Shown one piece after another: positions 50,948 through 61,258 of a stretch of DNA of 61,545 nt. The notes below the pieces were generated by a model that was given only the letters and a program-made list of their open reading frames with translations, did not search any database and was not told the origin of the DNA. Position 1 is the first letter of the stretch. Every line of letters begins with the position of its first letter. Both the position numbers and the translations under genes were made by a program. This DNA is from Psychromonas sp. (GTDB lineage: Bacteria > Pseudomonadota > Gammaproteobacteria > Enterobacterales > Psychromonadaceae): NCBI GenBank assembly GCA_047632875.1, contig JBLIEH010000001.1:1-61545 (forward strand), in the 5' to 3' direction.

Positions 50948-53900
50948 ATGCTTACAACCCCACTACCTGAAAATGATAATGAGCGTGTTAACGCGCTACT
51001 CAAATTAGGTTTATTAGATAGCCCCGCAGAGGAGCGCTTTGACCGATTAACGCGAATGGCACAACAATCGCTGAAAGTGCCGATTGCCTTAATCAGCCTA
51101 GTAGATCTAAACAGGCAATGGTTCAAATCAAGAGTAGGCATTAATGCGACACAAACCGATCGATGCATTTCATTCTGCGGACATGCCATAGTTCAGAAAG
51201 ATATATTTGTAGTGGAGGACGCTTTAGCAGACCCACGTTTTTTTGACAATCCTCTGGTCACTGGCGACTTAGGCCTTAGATTCTATGCTGGTCGCCCTCT
51301 ATTCACCAGCAAAGGTGATTGTATCGGGACCCTTTGTGTCATTGATACCAAATCTCGTCAATTTAATGAGAAAGACCGACAACTTCTGGATGCAATTGCC
51401 AAACTAGTAGAGCTGGAAATAAACGTTCATAGTGCTAAAAAAAATCAGGAAAAAAAAGTACCAAAAAACGAGATCAACTCCAATTGTAGTAAAGTGTTTG
51501 CCTCACTCATTGGCCGGCGACCTATTGCAGCATCTATCTCACTATTATTTGCCTTAGGTATTATATTATTCGCTTTTTCATGGTATCAGAAAAACCTACA
51601 GACTATCGAAACAGAAAAAGATAATAGATTAATTTCATCATTAGCTAACATTAGGGGGAAATTAGAAACAGAAATAAACTCGCGTTTACATTTAACTCAA
51701 GGTTTAGCGGGTCTGGTTAGAGCTAACAAATTAATTAATGAAGAACAGTTTCAACAGTTTGCATCAGATTTAAGTAAAAACCTCACTGCAATTCGAAGCC
51801 TTCAGCTCGCGCCCCAAGGTATTGTGCAGTTTGTCTGGCCTTTATCTTCTAATGCTTCCGCCATAGGCCACAACTTATTAGCAGATCCCAAAAGGGTATT
51901 TGCGGCCCAACAAGCAATAAATACCCGCAACCTTTGGATAGCGGGACCACTGAGCTTAACTCAAGGCGGGGAGGCTTTAATTGCTCGTTTACCTATATTT
52001 GTTGGCTCTACCCCAGGTAGCCCTGAAAAATTTTGGGGTTTTGCTTCTATTTTAATTGACATGCCCGCTTTTATTAAAGAAGTTGGGTTAGATAGCCCGC
52101 AATTACGAGAAACTATTGCAATTAGAGGTAAAGACGCTAAAGGTAAATTCGGTGATATTTTTTATGGTGATCCTAATACTATTCAAAATAGTCTCGCACA
52201 AGCTGAAGTGTCATTACCTGGCGGTAGCTGGGAAATAAGTATAAAAAACCATAGTGCAATACAAAATTGGCCTGGACAGTCGCTTTTCTGGGTTTTATCC
52301 GTAGTGATGACCTTGGGCTTACCATGGCTTATTTATCTGTTGCTGCGTTTCCCTCAAAAGTGTCAGAGGGCGGTTTTGATCGCCACCGAGGCCTTAAAAC
52401 AAAGCGAAATTAGGTTTCGTGATGCTATTGAAGCACTACCTGACGGTTTTGTTATTTATGATGAAAATGACAAATTATACACTTGTAATGAGCGTTACCG
52501 GCAAGTGTATCAAATCAGTAGTGACGTTATTGAGGAAGGCCGCAGTTATGATGAAATTATGCGTTATGGTTTTATTAAAGGACAATACCATCACGATAGC
52601 GATGATAAACAAAGTATTGATGACTTTGTCCGCCAGCGGGCTGAATTTCATTTGCTGGGCACTCGCATTGGAGAAGAGCATTTAGCCTCAGGACAATGGA
52701 TGCGCATGGTTGAACGTCCTATCCGTGGCGGAGGCGTGGTTGGACTTAGGGTTGATATCACTGAGCTGAAGCACAAGGAACAAGAGCTTGCTCAGGCAAG
52801 AGATCTTGCTGAAGCGGCTAATATCGCCAAAAGTAGTTTTTTGGCAACAGTGAGTCATGAAGTTCGCACTCCAATGAATGTGATCTTAGGGCTATTAGAC
52901 ATTTTGAAGTCGTCAAAAGATATTCCTACAGAACAACTTAAATTCATTAATACTGCCCATTTGTCGGCGCAACAACTCTTACATATTATCAATGAAATTC
53001 TCGATATCAGTAAAATTGAGGCCGGCAAGTTAGATCTGGAAATTGAGCCATTCAGTCTGAAAAATACTATTGAAAATGTCATTAATCTGTCTTCAAATAG
53101 GGCCTCTGACAAAAATATAAGATTACTCACTCAAATCGAAAATATTGAAAATCTCCACATTAAGGGCGATGAAGGTCATCTACATCAGATCTTATTAAAT
53201 ATTGTGACTAATGCCATTAAGTTTACCAATCAAGGGCAAGTACTCCTTGAAGTCAGCCAAGTTGGTTCGACGTCAGAGCAAATATTTATCCGTTTTGACG
53301 TCACCGATACCGGTATTGGTTTTACGGATGAGCAAGCAAAGAAATTATTCTCCCCTTTTGTGCAACTTGATAATAGCGCTTCAAGATGTCAAGAAGGGAC
53401 TGGACTTGGGCTGTTCATTTGTAAAAAAATGCTTGAATTGATGAATAGTAAAATTTCAGCTAAGGGAGTTCCCAATAAAGGGGCTATTTTTAGCTTTACA
53501 ATTCCATTTGCTAAAGTGCCTGAGTCGATGATTGCAGATATCAAGAAAGCCAATGACATTCTATCTTCTCAATCAGGAACAGAGCCCTTAAGTATATTAC
53601 TTGCAGAAGACTCTCCATCAAATCAAATGGTATTGCAGGCGATGTTAGCCAATACCCGTTATAATATTGACATTGTCGCCAACGGCAAAGCCGCGGTGCA
53701 GGCGTTAACACAGCAACGCTACGACTTAGTATTAATGGATATATTTATGCCAGAAATGGATGGTATGCAAGCAACTAAGCTTATTCGTGAAAATTCTGCA
53801 ATTGCTTATGTACCAATCATAGCGCTGACCGCCAATGCCATGAAAGGCGATAGGGAAAAATTTATTGATGCAGGTATGGACGATTACATTCCCAAACCTA

Positions 53901-53983
53901 TCAATAAGGTGGCACTTTTACAAAAACTGGCCATGTGGGGAAATAAAATATCGCAAAATAGCCCCTCTCGAGGGCGTTTATAG
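50948..53983 (+). CDS. Hybrid sensor kinase GAF-TM-CHASE-TM-PAS-HisKA-HATPase-REC
   Basis: GAF (E.ER..AL....LLDSPAEERFD, SFCGHAI, RFYAG), CHASE-like AIGHNL...AGPL.L.QGG, VSHEVRTPMN, GTGLGL, LMDIFMP; no Hpt. Confidence 0.9.
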   Translation: MLTTPLPENDNERVNALLKLGLLDSPAEERFDRLTRMAQQSLKVPIALISLVDLNRQWFKSRVGINATQTDRCISFCGHAIVQKDIFVVEDALADPRFFDNPLVTGDLGLRFYAGRPLFTSKGDCIGTLCVIDTKSRQFNEKDRQLLDAIAKLVELEINVHSAKKNQEKKVPKNEINSNCSKVFASLIGRRPIAASISLLFALGIILFAFSWYQKNLQTIETEKDNRLISSLANIRGKLETEINSRLHLTQGLAGLVRANKLINEEQFQQFASDLSKNLTAIRSLQLAPQGIVQFVWPLSSNASAIGHNLLADPKRVFAAQQAINTRNLWIAGPLSLTQGGEALIARLPIFVGSTPGSPEKFWGFASILIDMPAFIKEVGLDSPQLRETIAIRGKDAKGKFGDIFYGDPNTIQNSLAQAEVSLPGGSWEISIKNHSAIQNWPGQSLFWVLSVVMTLGLPWLIYLLLRFPQKCQRAVLIATEALKQSEIRFRDAIEALPDGFVIYDENDKLYTCNERYRQVYQISSDVIEEGRSYDEIMRYGFIKGQYHHDSDDKQSIDDFVRQRAEFHLLGTRIGEEHLASGQWMRMVERPIRGGGVVGLRVDITELKHKEQELAQARDLAEAANIAKSSFLATVSHEVRTPMNVILGLLDILKSSKDIPTEQLKFINTAHLSAQQLLHIINEILDISKIEAGKLDLEIEPFSLKNTIENVINLSSNRASDKNIRLLTQIENIENLHIKGDEGHLHQILLNIVTNAIKFTNQGQVLLEVSQVGSTSEQIFIRFDVTDTGIGFTDEQAKKLFSPFVQLDNSASRCQEGTGLGLFICKKMLELMNSKISAKGVPNKGAIFSFTIPFAKVPESMIADIKKANDILSSQSGTEPLSILLAEDSPSNQMVLQAMLANTRYNIDIVANGKAAVQALTQQRYDLVLMDIFMPEMDGMQATKLIRENSAIAYVPIIALTANAMKGDREKFIDAGMDDYIPKPINKVALLQKLAMWGNKISQNSPSRGRL

Positions 53984-54184
53984 ACGTTGTAATGCTAAGA
54001 GGTTGACCTGGGATTGCATTCGTCACAATGTAGATACGATTGAAACCGTTTTTGTGAACGTTTAAGGAGGCCCCGAAGGGCGAGGCCAAAATGTCCGTAT
54101 GCGGCGTTCACTATACCTTTGAAAATCTTCCTTGCCTGTGGCCATTTAGACTCGCTGGTGCCGTTTTTTAGATTACATGGTGAT

Positions 54185-55876
54185 CTAGGGGCGCTGATTA
54201 GCAACCTCTTCCAGCACCTTACCTCTGGCATTACTGGGCGGTGTAACAGACATCAAGGTTGACAGTGTTGCGGCAATATCAACGGGATCTACACGCCGGT
54301 CAATACGTTGCGCTTTTAAGTTTGCGCCTGCAAATAAAATTGGCACATAGGTATCATAAGACCAGGGAGAGCCATTCATTACCGCGTCTCTGTCCGTTTC
54401 TTGTAATAACCAATAGGGCGCTTGTGCGATATAAATATCCCCGGCGCGTTGCGCATGAAAGTTGCGTTTAATTTGCTGAACAACAGGGTTATCAGCTAAC
54501 GCGGATAAACCACTGCTTGATACTGAAAATCCGATACCCTCTAAATCATTTAATGCTTTGGAAATGCGTGTTTCCACATTTTTAAGGGTCAACTTAGTAA
54601 GTTTTATTTTGTCATGATCCAGGTACATAAAAGGGCGGATAAAAGCTTTAACCACGCCATCAATGCCAAACTCTTTTTTGCCGGCGGCATTGGCTGCTGC
54701 TGCAATCTCGGCACTGCTGATGCGTCCTGCAGGAAAACCCAACTCGGTTATGTACTCCGCGGCCTCGGGCATGCCATGGTCAGCCGATAAGATAATCAAG
54801 GTATTTTCCAGGCCAATCTGCTTATCGACAAATTGTAATAAGTCCGCAATAGTTTTATCCAAATGCGCAATGATATCCTCACTTTCTAAGCTGGAAGGGC
54901 CAAACAGGTGATTGACGGCATCTAAACTTGAGAAGCTTACCGACAAATAATCCGTGGGTATTCTTGAGCCTAATGTTTCACTGGCGATTAATTGTTTGGC
55001 AAAATCCGCCGCTAATTGATCACCCGCAGGACCGGCCGTTAATAAGGTATTAAAATTCGGGCTGTCTAAATCCCCGTAGGGATGCGGAAATATTCTGCTA
55101 AACCCATTTAAATCGAGCTCGTAAGGGCGGTCATCTTGTTCTGAAAAAAGATATTCCTCTCTGTTATTGCTCAGTTCCCAGGTTGTCTTGGCATAACTGT
55201 TTGACAATTTTTGAGCATTCCAGTGGGAAACCCATTCAGGGTAACTATCATAATAATAAGTGGAGGAAAGCATGTTTGCGCTACCGGGGGAAAACCAAAA
55301 TGCTTTGCCCATATGCCCGGCCATCAAAATGGCGGCATAATCTTTAATAGAGACAGCAAAAACCCGGGATCGACCCGCTGTATTTATAAAAAGTTGATCA
55401 GAAAAGGTCGTCGCAAGCATCGCCCTTGGAGAACGACCGGTAATGCGCTCTTGAGTGATATCTGATGTGACAAGTTCGTTGCCGGGTATTAAATCCGTTA
55501 CGGCTAAAAGCGGCGCGTTAGGATCTTCAACATTATTAACTTGTTTGCCGGTATCGGGATCTAACCAGACATTGGCAATCATGCCGTGATCTACCGGATA
55601 AGATCCGCTCGCCAGGGTTGCATGCCCAACAACACTGTCGGTATTTGCATGAGAGTAATGCGCATTGGCATAATAAACCCCATGATCCAATAAATAACGG
55701 AAACCGTGAACACCATAATGATGTTTATAACGGGTCAGTAAATCACCGCGAAATCCATCCACGGTAATCTGCAGTACCAATTTAATCTGCTCATTTGCAC
55801 TGACTGGATGTGTCCAAAACAAACTGTTTAGCGAGAAAATAAGTGTGAATAACAGAGGGTTATTGCGTTTTTTCAT
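54185..55876 (-). CDS. Alkaline phosphatase superfamily protein (PafA/NPP-like)
   Basis: Signal peptide, ITVDGFRGD, HANTDSVVGHATL.SG..P..HG, D.VNH.FGP.S.E, SADHG, GSPW.YD..VP. Confidence 0.88.
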   Translation of the reverse strand: MKKRNNPLLFTLIFSLNSLFWTHPVSANEQIKLVLQITVDGFRGDLLTRYKHHYGVHGFRYLLDHGVYYANAHYSHANTDSVVGHATLASGSYPVDHGMIANVWLDPDTGKQVNNVEDPNAPLLAVTDLIPGNELVTSDITQERITGRSPRAMLATTFSDQLFINTAGRSRVFAVSIKDYAAILMAGHMGKAFWFSPGSANMLSSTYYYDSYPEWVSHWNAQKLSNSYAKTTWELSNNREEYLFSEQDDRPYELDLNGFSRIFPHPYGDLDSPNFNTLLTAGPAGDQLAADFAKQLIASETLGSRIPTDYLSVSFSSLDAVNHLFGPSSLESEDIIAHLDKTIADLLQFVDKQIGLENTLIILSADHGMPEAAEYITELGFPAGRISSAEIAAAANAAGKKEFGIDGVVKAFIRPFMYLDHDKIKLTKLTLKNVETRISKALNDLEGIGFSVSSSGLSALADNPVVQQIKRNFHAQRAGDIYIAQAPYWLLQETDRDAVMNGSPWSYDTYVPILFAGANLKAQRIDRRVDPVDIAATLSTLMSVTPPSNARGKVLEEVANQRP

Positions 55877-56071
55877 ATTAATTTTTCCCTAATCTATTTA
55901 AATATTCCTCTTCAGATAGTTTAGTTTAAGTTACAGAAACTTATACAAAAATAAAGCAAAAAGCGAACACTGTCATCTCGAAATAAGCTGACATCCCGGA
56001 TCGTATTAAGCATTAATTTTTGAACTGTACTGGATAATGTAGCTAGGGCACTGCGGCGGTTTTTACGTTGT

Positions 56072-56378
56072 ATTTGCCTGAGTATCCCTGAAAATTTTTT
56101 CTTTCAAATGTTGTTGAATCTAAGAAAGAAAAAAGTGCTATTTCTATAACGAAGAATTTTCGTGGTCGTCAGCGAAACGTTAATGGTGAGAACTCCTGGG
56201 CTCGAGGCTATTTTGTATCGAAAGTCGGGTTCGACAAAAATGGTTCTTGATCATATTAGAAATCAAGAAAAAAAAGACGAACACCGCGATCAATTAAAGT
56301 TTCAGAGGTAATGCGCCTTGGACGCTTACTTTAGCCCTTTGAGGGCGTAATCAAATAAGCCTCCGGCTCCACCGGAGG
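56072..56378 (+). mobile_element. IS200/IS605-family tnpA 3' remnant with right-end hairpins
   Basis: ICLSIP...SNVV..K.KSAI.I.KNF.GR.RN.NGE..WARGYFVS.VG.D, then frameshifted V..HIRNQEKKD..RDQL*; hairpins GCCCT-ttg-AGGGC (56334-56346) and CCTCCGG-ctcca-CCGGAGG (56360-56378). Confidence 0.8.
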
Positions 56379-56396
56379 TAAGTTAACTGGCTGAAT

Positions 56397-57383
56397 TTAG
56401 ATTTTGTACTTCACCCCGGCTTTATGAATTTGCGATAAATTCACTACACCTAAAAACTCATCTTCTTCACCTAACACCGCCAGGGCAGTAATAGCTTTGT
56501 CTAACATTAACTTGGCAACTGTATAACCGAGACTGTCTAAACGGGTATGAATGAAATGCTCAGTCATAACCGATTTAATGGGACGATCCAAATCACTATC
56601 CGTGGCTAGGCAACGTTTTAGATCACCGTCGGTAAAAACGCCGATTGTGATATTATTTTCAACAACGCTGACCATGCCAAGACCGGTCACACACAGTTTT
56701 AAGATAACTGATTTAATAGAATCTTGCGGTGCGCAATAGGCTTCACTTGATTGCTTATCTAATACATCTCCCACTTTAGTTAACAATGTTGCTCCTAGGC
56801 TACCGCCAGGATGAGAACGTGCAAAAGAGACACTATCAAATTGTTTCATCTGCATTAGGGTGATGGCAAGTGCATCGCCCATTATCAGTGTGTTGACTGT
56901 ACTCGAGGTGGGCGCAAGGCCGAGCGGGCAGGCTTCCTTTTCAATACTGATATCTAATGAAATATTGCTGATCATGGCAAGATAAGAATCCGCGCGCCCT
57001 GTGATGGATAGAATCTTTACCCCCTTGTCTTTCAGCAGAGGGGCAATCACTTTAAATTCGTTAGCTTCTCCCGAGTAGGATATCAGAATAGCGAGATCAT
57101 CTTTACCTACCATGCCAAGATCGCCATGCAACGCTTCTGCAGGATGTACAAAAAATGCAGGCGTACCCGTTGAAGCAAGCGTTGCAGATATTTTACTGCC
57201 TATATGCCCGGATTTCCCCATCCCGGAGACAATTACCTTGCCGGTACATGCCGCGACCATCCTGCATGCCGCATACAAACTATCATCTATTCGGTCCAAT
57301 AATTTACTGGCCTCAGCCAATTCAGTTTGAATTACTTGTTTGGCAAATTTAGCGATTTCTTTATTTGAGATGGTTGCAGGCAT
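56397..57383 (-). CDS. KpsF/GutQ-family arabinose-5-phosphate isomerase (SIS + CBS)
   Basis: GMGKSGHIG, STGTPAFFVHPAEALHGDLG, EACPLGLAPTSST, HPGGSLG, FTDGDL. Confidence 0.93.
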   Translation of the reverse strand: MPATISNKEIAKFAKQVIQTELAEASKLLDRIDDSLYAACRMVAACTGKVIVSGMGKSGHIGSKISATLASTGTPAFFVHPAEALHGDLGMVGKDDLAILISYSGEANEFKVIAPLLKDKGVKILSITGRADSYLAMISNISLDISIEKEACPLGLAPTSSTVNTLIMGDALAITLMQMKQFDSVSFARSHPGGSLGATLLTKVGDVLDKQSSEAYCAPQDSIKSVILKLCVTGLGMVSVVENNITIGVFTDGDLKRCLATDSDLDRPIKSVMTEHFIHTRLDSLGYTVAKLMLDKAITALAVLGEEDEFLGVVNLSQIHKAGVKYKI

Positions 57384-57879
57384 GTGGCTCCTTTGAGCTT
57401 ATAGCTATTTATACATTCAATGGTCAGTTGCACATATTAACAGAATTAATGCCATGAATGGCTAGTAAACCTACCCGCACGCCGGGTTTAAGGCGAATTA
57501 TTTTTGTTTTGTCCTGATACTGACCTACGCAGGCTGATTGCATTGATCATTGTGAAGTAAATAACAATTTCAGGCAGTTGAAATTTTTATAGAATCTGTC
57601 ATAACTTATCTTTTTCCAAAGATAAGTTACAGATCAAATATAATGTTCTAGGTTAAATTTTTTCCCATAAACTATTAAAAATGCTATAAGCTTGTCATTT
57701 TTTATTCCTATTGATAATTCTAATTGGAAATTTAACCGTTAAAAATAGGTGAGAAAAATAATTATCCCTATTGCTCGCTCAGAATAGTCTGCTGACTCAT
57801 ATGTTCATAGCGCTAACGTCATACCTAGGGTGTATAATGAATCTAAATTTTTTACGAGATGAGAGAGGGACAGTTAACA

Positions 57880-58584
57880 ATGAAAAAGAGTAAAAGGCGT
57901 AGTAAGAAAACCTTAAAAAAACGACTTGTCTCTTATGCTGCGATCACATGTTTCGCATTGTTTGCTGCCAGTATATTATTGACGCTTCCTTTACGCTGGT
58001 TTAATCCTATTACCACCGCTTTCATTCTGCAGGAGCAGATTGAAGACAGAAAATTGATTTCTTTAAACTGGGTTCCTTATGCCGATATTGCCGATACGCT
58101 GGCTATCTCTATCGTTGCATCTGAAGATCAGAAATTTCCTGATCATTATGGTTTTGATTTCACCTCTATTTCCAAGGCGCTAAATGAAGATATAGAACAA
58201 ACGCGTGGCGCAAGTACCATTACGCAACAACTAGTTAAAAATATTTATCTGTGGTCCGGACGAAGTTATTTTAGAAAAGGGATGGAAGCTTACCTTGCGG
58301 TGCTGATTGAGTGCTTTCTTCCCAAACGCAGAATTTTAGAGATTTATCTTAATGTGGTGGAATTTGCCCCCGCGGTTTATGGGATCGGGAGGGCCAGTCG
58401 GGTGCTGTTTGACCGATCACCCGGTCAAATTAGCGCTCACCAGGCCGCGCTTTTAGCGGCGGTATTACCTAACCCTAAAGGTTTGTCGGCTAAATATCCT
58501 TCGCAGTATGTGCTCCGGCGCGCGCAGCAAATCCAGGTAGCAGTAAGATCCTTAGGGGGACCGGGTTATCTGAGAAATCTTTAA
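57880..58584 (+). CDS. mtgA: Monofunctional peptidoglycan transglycosylase
   Basis: SEDQKFPDHYGFD, RGASTITQQLVKN, RKGME, KRRILEIYLN, LAAVLPNP. Confidence 0.93.
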   Translation: MKKSKRRSKKTLKKRLVSYAAITCFALFAASILLTLPLRWFNPITTAFILQEQIEDRKLISLNWVPYADIADTLAISIVASEDQKFPDHYGFDFTSISKALNEDIEQTRGASTITQQLVKNIYLWSGRSYFRKGMEAYLAVLIECFLPKRRILEIYLNVVEFAPAVYGIGRASRVLFDRSPGQISAHQAALLAAVLPNPKGLSAKYPSQYVLRRAQQIQVAVRSLGGPGYLRNL

Positions 58585-58781
58585 GGCTAGTGTTTTCATA
58601 CCTCAATACGAATATTCATTTTCATGATGTAGTGTGTTTAGTGATTTTTTGTAACAAACTTAAAGGGGCTACCACAGAGGCGCTGCGCGTTACACAGAGA
58701 AAAGATGAGTGATAAATGACTTACAGATTTGTGGATCTGCAAGTCATTTAGCTATATAGGGTTATCGATGAAAGATATCTT

Positions 58782-59912
58782 TTAGCCTTTGCCTAAACTG
58801 TCTTTATAATCTTGATAACCAAAGGAGTTTAATAGCTCAATTTCCCGATCAACACGCTTGTAGTAGATACTGGGCATTTTCAATCCGTTAAACCAATTTA
58901 GTTTGACCATGGTATAACCGGCAGAATCAAGAATATGTAATTTTTGCCCAATCTGCAGCGCTTCATCAAATTGTGTTTCACAGAATTGATCGCCTGCTAA
59001 ACAGGAGCATGAACCTATAATGTAGGGGAACTTTCCATCAGCGGAGGCTTCACCAATCGATGCCGGTTCATCGTAGATTAAGGTATCTAAACGATGTGCT
59101 TCTGTTGCACTATCGACAATCGCTGTTTTTTTACCATTATCAACAATATCAATCACGCTGACCACCAGATCCGCGGTGCGGGTAATAATCGCTTCACCGG
59201 GCTCTAAGTAGAGTTGCAGCTGGTGTTTTTCACTAAAGGCTTTTAACGCCAGGCCAAGTTTTTCAATAGGATAATCGGGGTAGGTAAAGAAGATCCCGCC
59301 GCCTAAACTTAACCATTTAAGGTGGGTTAAATATTCAGCAAAGGTCTCTGAAATATGATCTAAAATTTTGATAAAGGCATCTGCATCTTTGTTTTCACAG
59401 TTCATGTGAAACATAAAACCATCCACTTTATCAAGCACAGATAAATCCAGTAAATCCTGTTTTACCCCTAAACGCGAATAAGGGCGGGTCGGATTGGCGA
59501 GATCTTGACCGGCAACGCTGCGCTCTGGGTTAATGCGCACACCTAAGGATGCAAAAGGGTTGGCTGCCTCAAAATGGGTGGCTAACTGGGTTAAGGAGTT
59601 GAAGATGATTTTGTCCGATAAAGGCGCGACTATATCGATATCTTGTTTAGAATAACCGACGCTGTAGGCATGCGTTTCACCGCCAAAGGTCTGATGGCCT
59701 AATTGAACTTCAAAAGGGCCCGAGCTGGTGGTGCCGTCTAAATAAGGTTTAATAGTGTCAAAAGTCCCCCAGGTTGAAAAACACTTTAACGCTAAGACTA
59801 ATTTAGCCCCTGAAATTTCTTTAAGTTGTTTGGCTTTTTCAAGATTTTCAATCAGCTTTTTTTCATCGATCATAAAATAAGGTGTGCTTAACTGGTTTTC
59901 ATTAAGGCTCAT
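58782..59912 (-). CDS. nspC: Carboxynorspermidine decarboxylase
   Basis: TPYF, LALKCFS, YSRLG, LGGG, YLEPGEA, SCLAGD, YTMVK.NWFNG. Confidence 0.95.
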   Translation of the reverse strand: MSLNENQLSTPYFMIDEKKLIENLEKAKQLKEISGAKLVLALKCFSTWGTFDTIKPYLDGTTSSGPFEVQLGHQTFGGETHAYSVGYSKQDIDIVAPLSDKIIFNSLTQLATHFEAANPFASLGVRINPERSVAGQDLANPTRPYSRLGVKQDLLDLSVLDKVDGFMFHMNCENKDADAFIKILDHISETFAEYLTHLKWLSLGGGIFFTYPDYPIEKLGLALKAFSEKHQLQLYLEPGEAIITRTADLVVSVIDIVDNGKKTAIVDSATEAHRLDTLIYDEPASIGEASADGKFPYIIGSCSCLAGDQFCETQFDEALQIGQKLHILDSAGYTMVKLNWFNGLKMPSIYYKRVDREIELLNSFGYQDYKDSLGKG

Positions 59913-59998
59913 AGTGGGCGTCTTTTACTGGTTTGAGAAATAAAAAGAAGAAATAAGATAAAAAAGAAGGCCGAAACCTTCGTTTAAAGTAAGTAATA

Positions 59999-61216
59999 TT
60001 AAGTCTCTAACTCTTGTACCTGCCAGGTTAAACCTAAACGCGGCATAAGGTCTAAGAAATCATCCGGGTTGAGCTGTTCTACATTATATAAACCAACATC
60101 ATTCCACTTACCTTGGAAGTAAAGCAGGGCGGCGGTGATAGCAGGCACGCCTGTGGTATAGGAAATGGCTTGATGCTCAACTTCAATATAAGACTCTTTA
60201 TGGTCACAGATATTGTAGATAAAGACACTTTTAGGCAGACCATTTTTTTGACCGCGTATCCAGGTGCCAATACAGGTTTTACCCGTATAACCCGAGGCAA
60301 GGGATGTTGGGTCGGGTAAAATTGCTTTTAATACCTGCAGCGGTTTAACCGTAATACCTTCAGCTGTGGTAATGGGCTCTGGACTTAGCAAACCAATATC
60401 GCGCATCATATTAAAGTAATTAAGGTAGGTGTCAGAGAAACCCATCCAGAATTCGATACGTTTAGCGGGAATATATTGAGCCAAAGAACGCACTTCATCA
60501 TGTGCCATTGAGTATACTTTTTGCTGCCCGACCACAGGGAAATCAAATTCCATCATACGACTATGGCAGGGAACGCTTTTCCACTGCTGATTCTCAAAGT
60601 AAAAAGAATCACCTTGAATTTCTAACAAGTTGGTTTCAGGATCGAAGTTGGTGGCAAATTTTTGACCGTGATCACCGGCATTCACGTCCATGACATCAAT
60701 ACTGTCAATTTCATCAAAGAGGTGTTTATGGGCATAGGTTGCAAAAACACTGACCACGCCGGGATCAAAACCGGCGCTTAAAATACCCGTAATACCGGCT
60801 GCTTTGAAACGTTCGGCAAAGGCCCATTGCGGATCATAAGCTTCAGGAACTTGTTGTCCGGGGCTGCATAAGTCCGTCGCAACGGAAGTATCCAGATAAG
60901 CTGTTTTGGTTAAAACACAAGCTTCCATGATAGTGACGTTCACCCAAGGAGGGCCGGCGTTGATCAGTAAATCCGGTTTGATTTCATTGATAAGTTTAAC
61001 CAGTGCATCAAGATCATCGGCATTGACCGTCAGCGCTGTCAATTTTTTGGTGGTGTCTTTGAGATTGTTACGCCCTTTAATAGAGGTAATGATTTTTTCA
61101 CATTTAGAAATAGTGCGAGAAGCTAAAGTGATATCACCAAATACATCGTTATGCTGGGCACATTTATGGGCAATAACCCAACCAACGCCACCGGCGCCTA
61201 TTTGTAATACTGACAT
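59999..61216 (-). CDS. Carboxynorspermidine dehydrogenase/synthase (saccharopine dehydrogenase family)
   Basis: IGAGGVG, GFDPG, D.NAGDHG..FATNFDPETN, ISYTTGVPA; upstream of nspC. Confidence 0.92.
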   Translation of the reverse strand: MSVLQIGAGGVGWVIAHKCAQHNDVFGDITLASRTISKCEKIITSIKGRNNLKDTTKKLTALTVNADDLDALVKLINEIKPDLLINAGPPWVNVTIMEACVLTKTAYLDTSVATDLCSPGQQVPEAYDPQWAFAERFKAAGITGILSAGFDPGVVSVFATYAHKHLFDEIDSIDVMDVNAGDHGQKFATNFDPETNLLEIQGDSFYFENQQWKSVPCHSRMMEFDFPVVGQQKVYSMAHDEVRSLAQYIPAKRIEFWMGFSDTYLNYFNMMRDIGLLSPEPITTAEGITVKPLQVLKAILPDPTSLASGYTGKTCIGTWIRGQKNGLPKSVFIYNICDHKESYIEVEHQAISYTTGVPAITAALLYFQGKWNDVGLYNVEQLNPDDFLDLMPRLGLTWQVQELET

Positions 61217-61258
61217 TTTAAAGTCCTTGTTAATCTATGGTTTTCTGTAAGTTAGGTA

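Noticed and set aside
54076-54155. Palindromic GCGAG..AAATG.CC...GGCCATTT..CTCGC segment
   Set aside because: Probably a decayed repeat or terminator between convergent genes; no second copy identified
593-61250. Numerous 60-170 aa ORFs antisense to or overlapping long genes
   Set aside because: Shadow frames of well-supported CDSs, with no RBS or motif support
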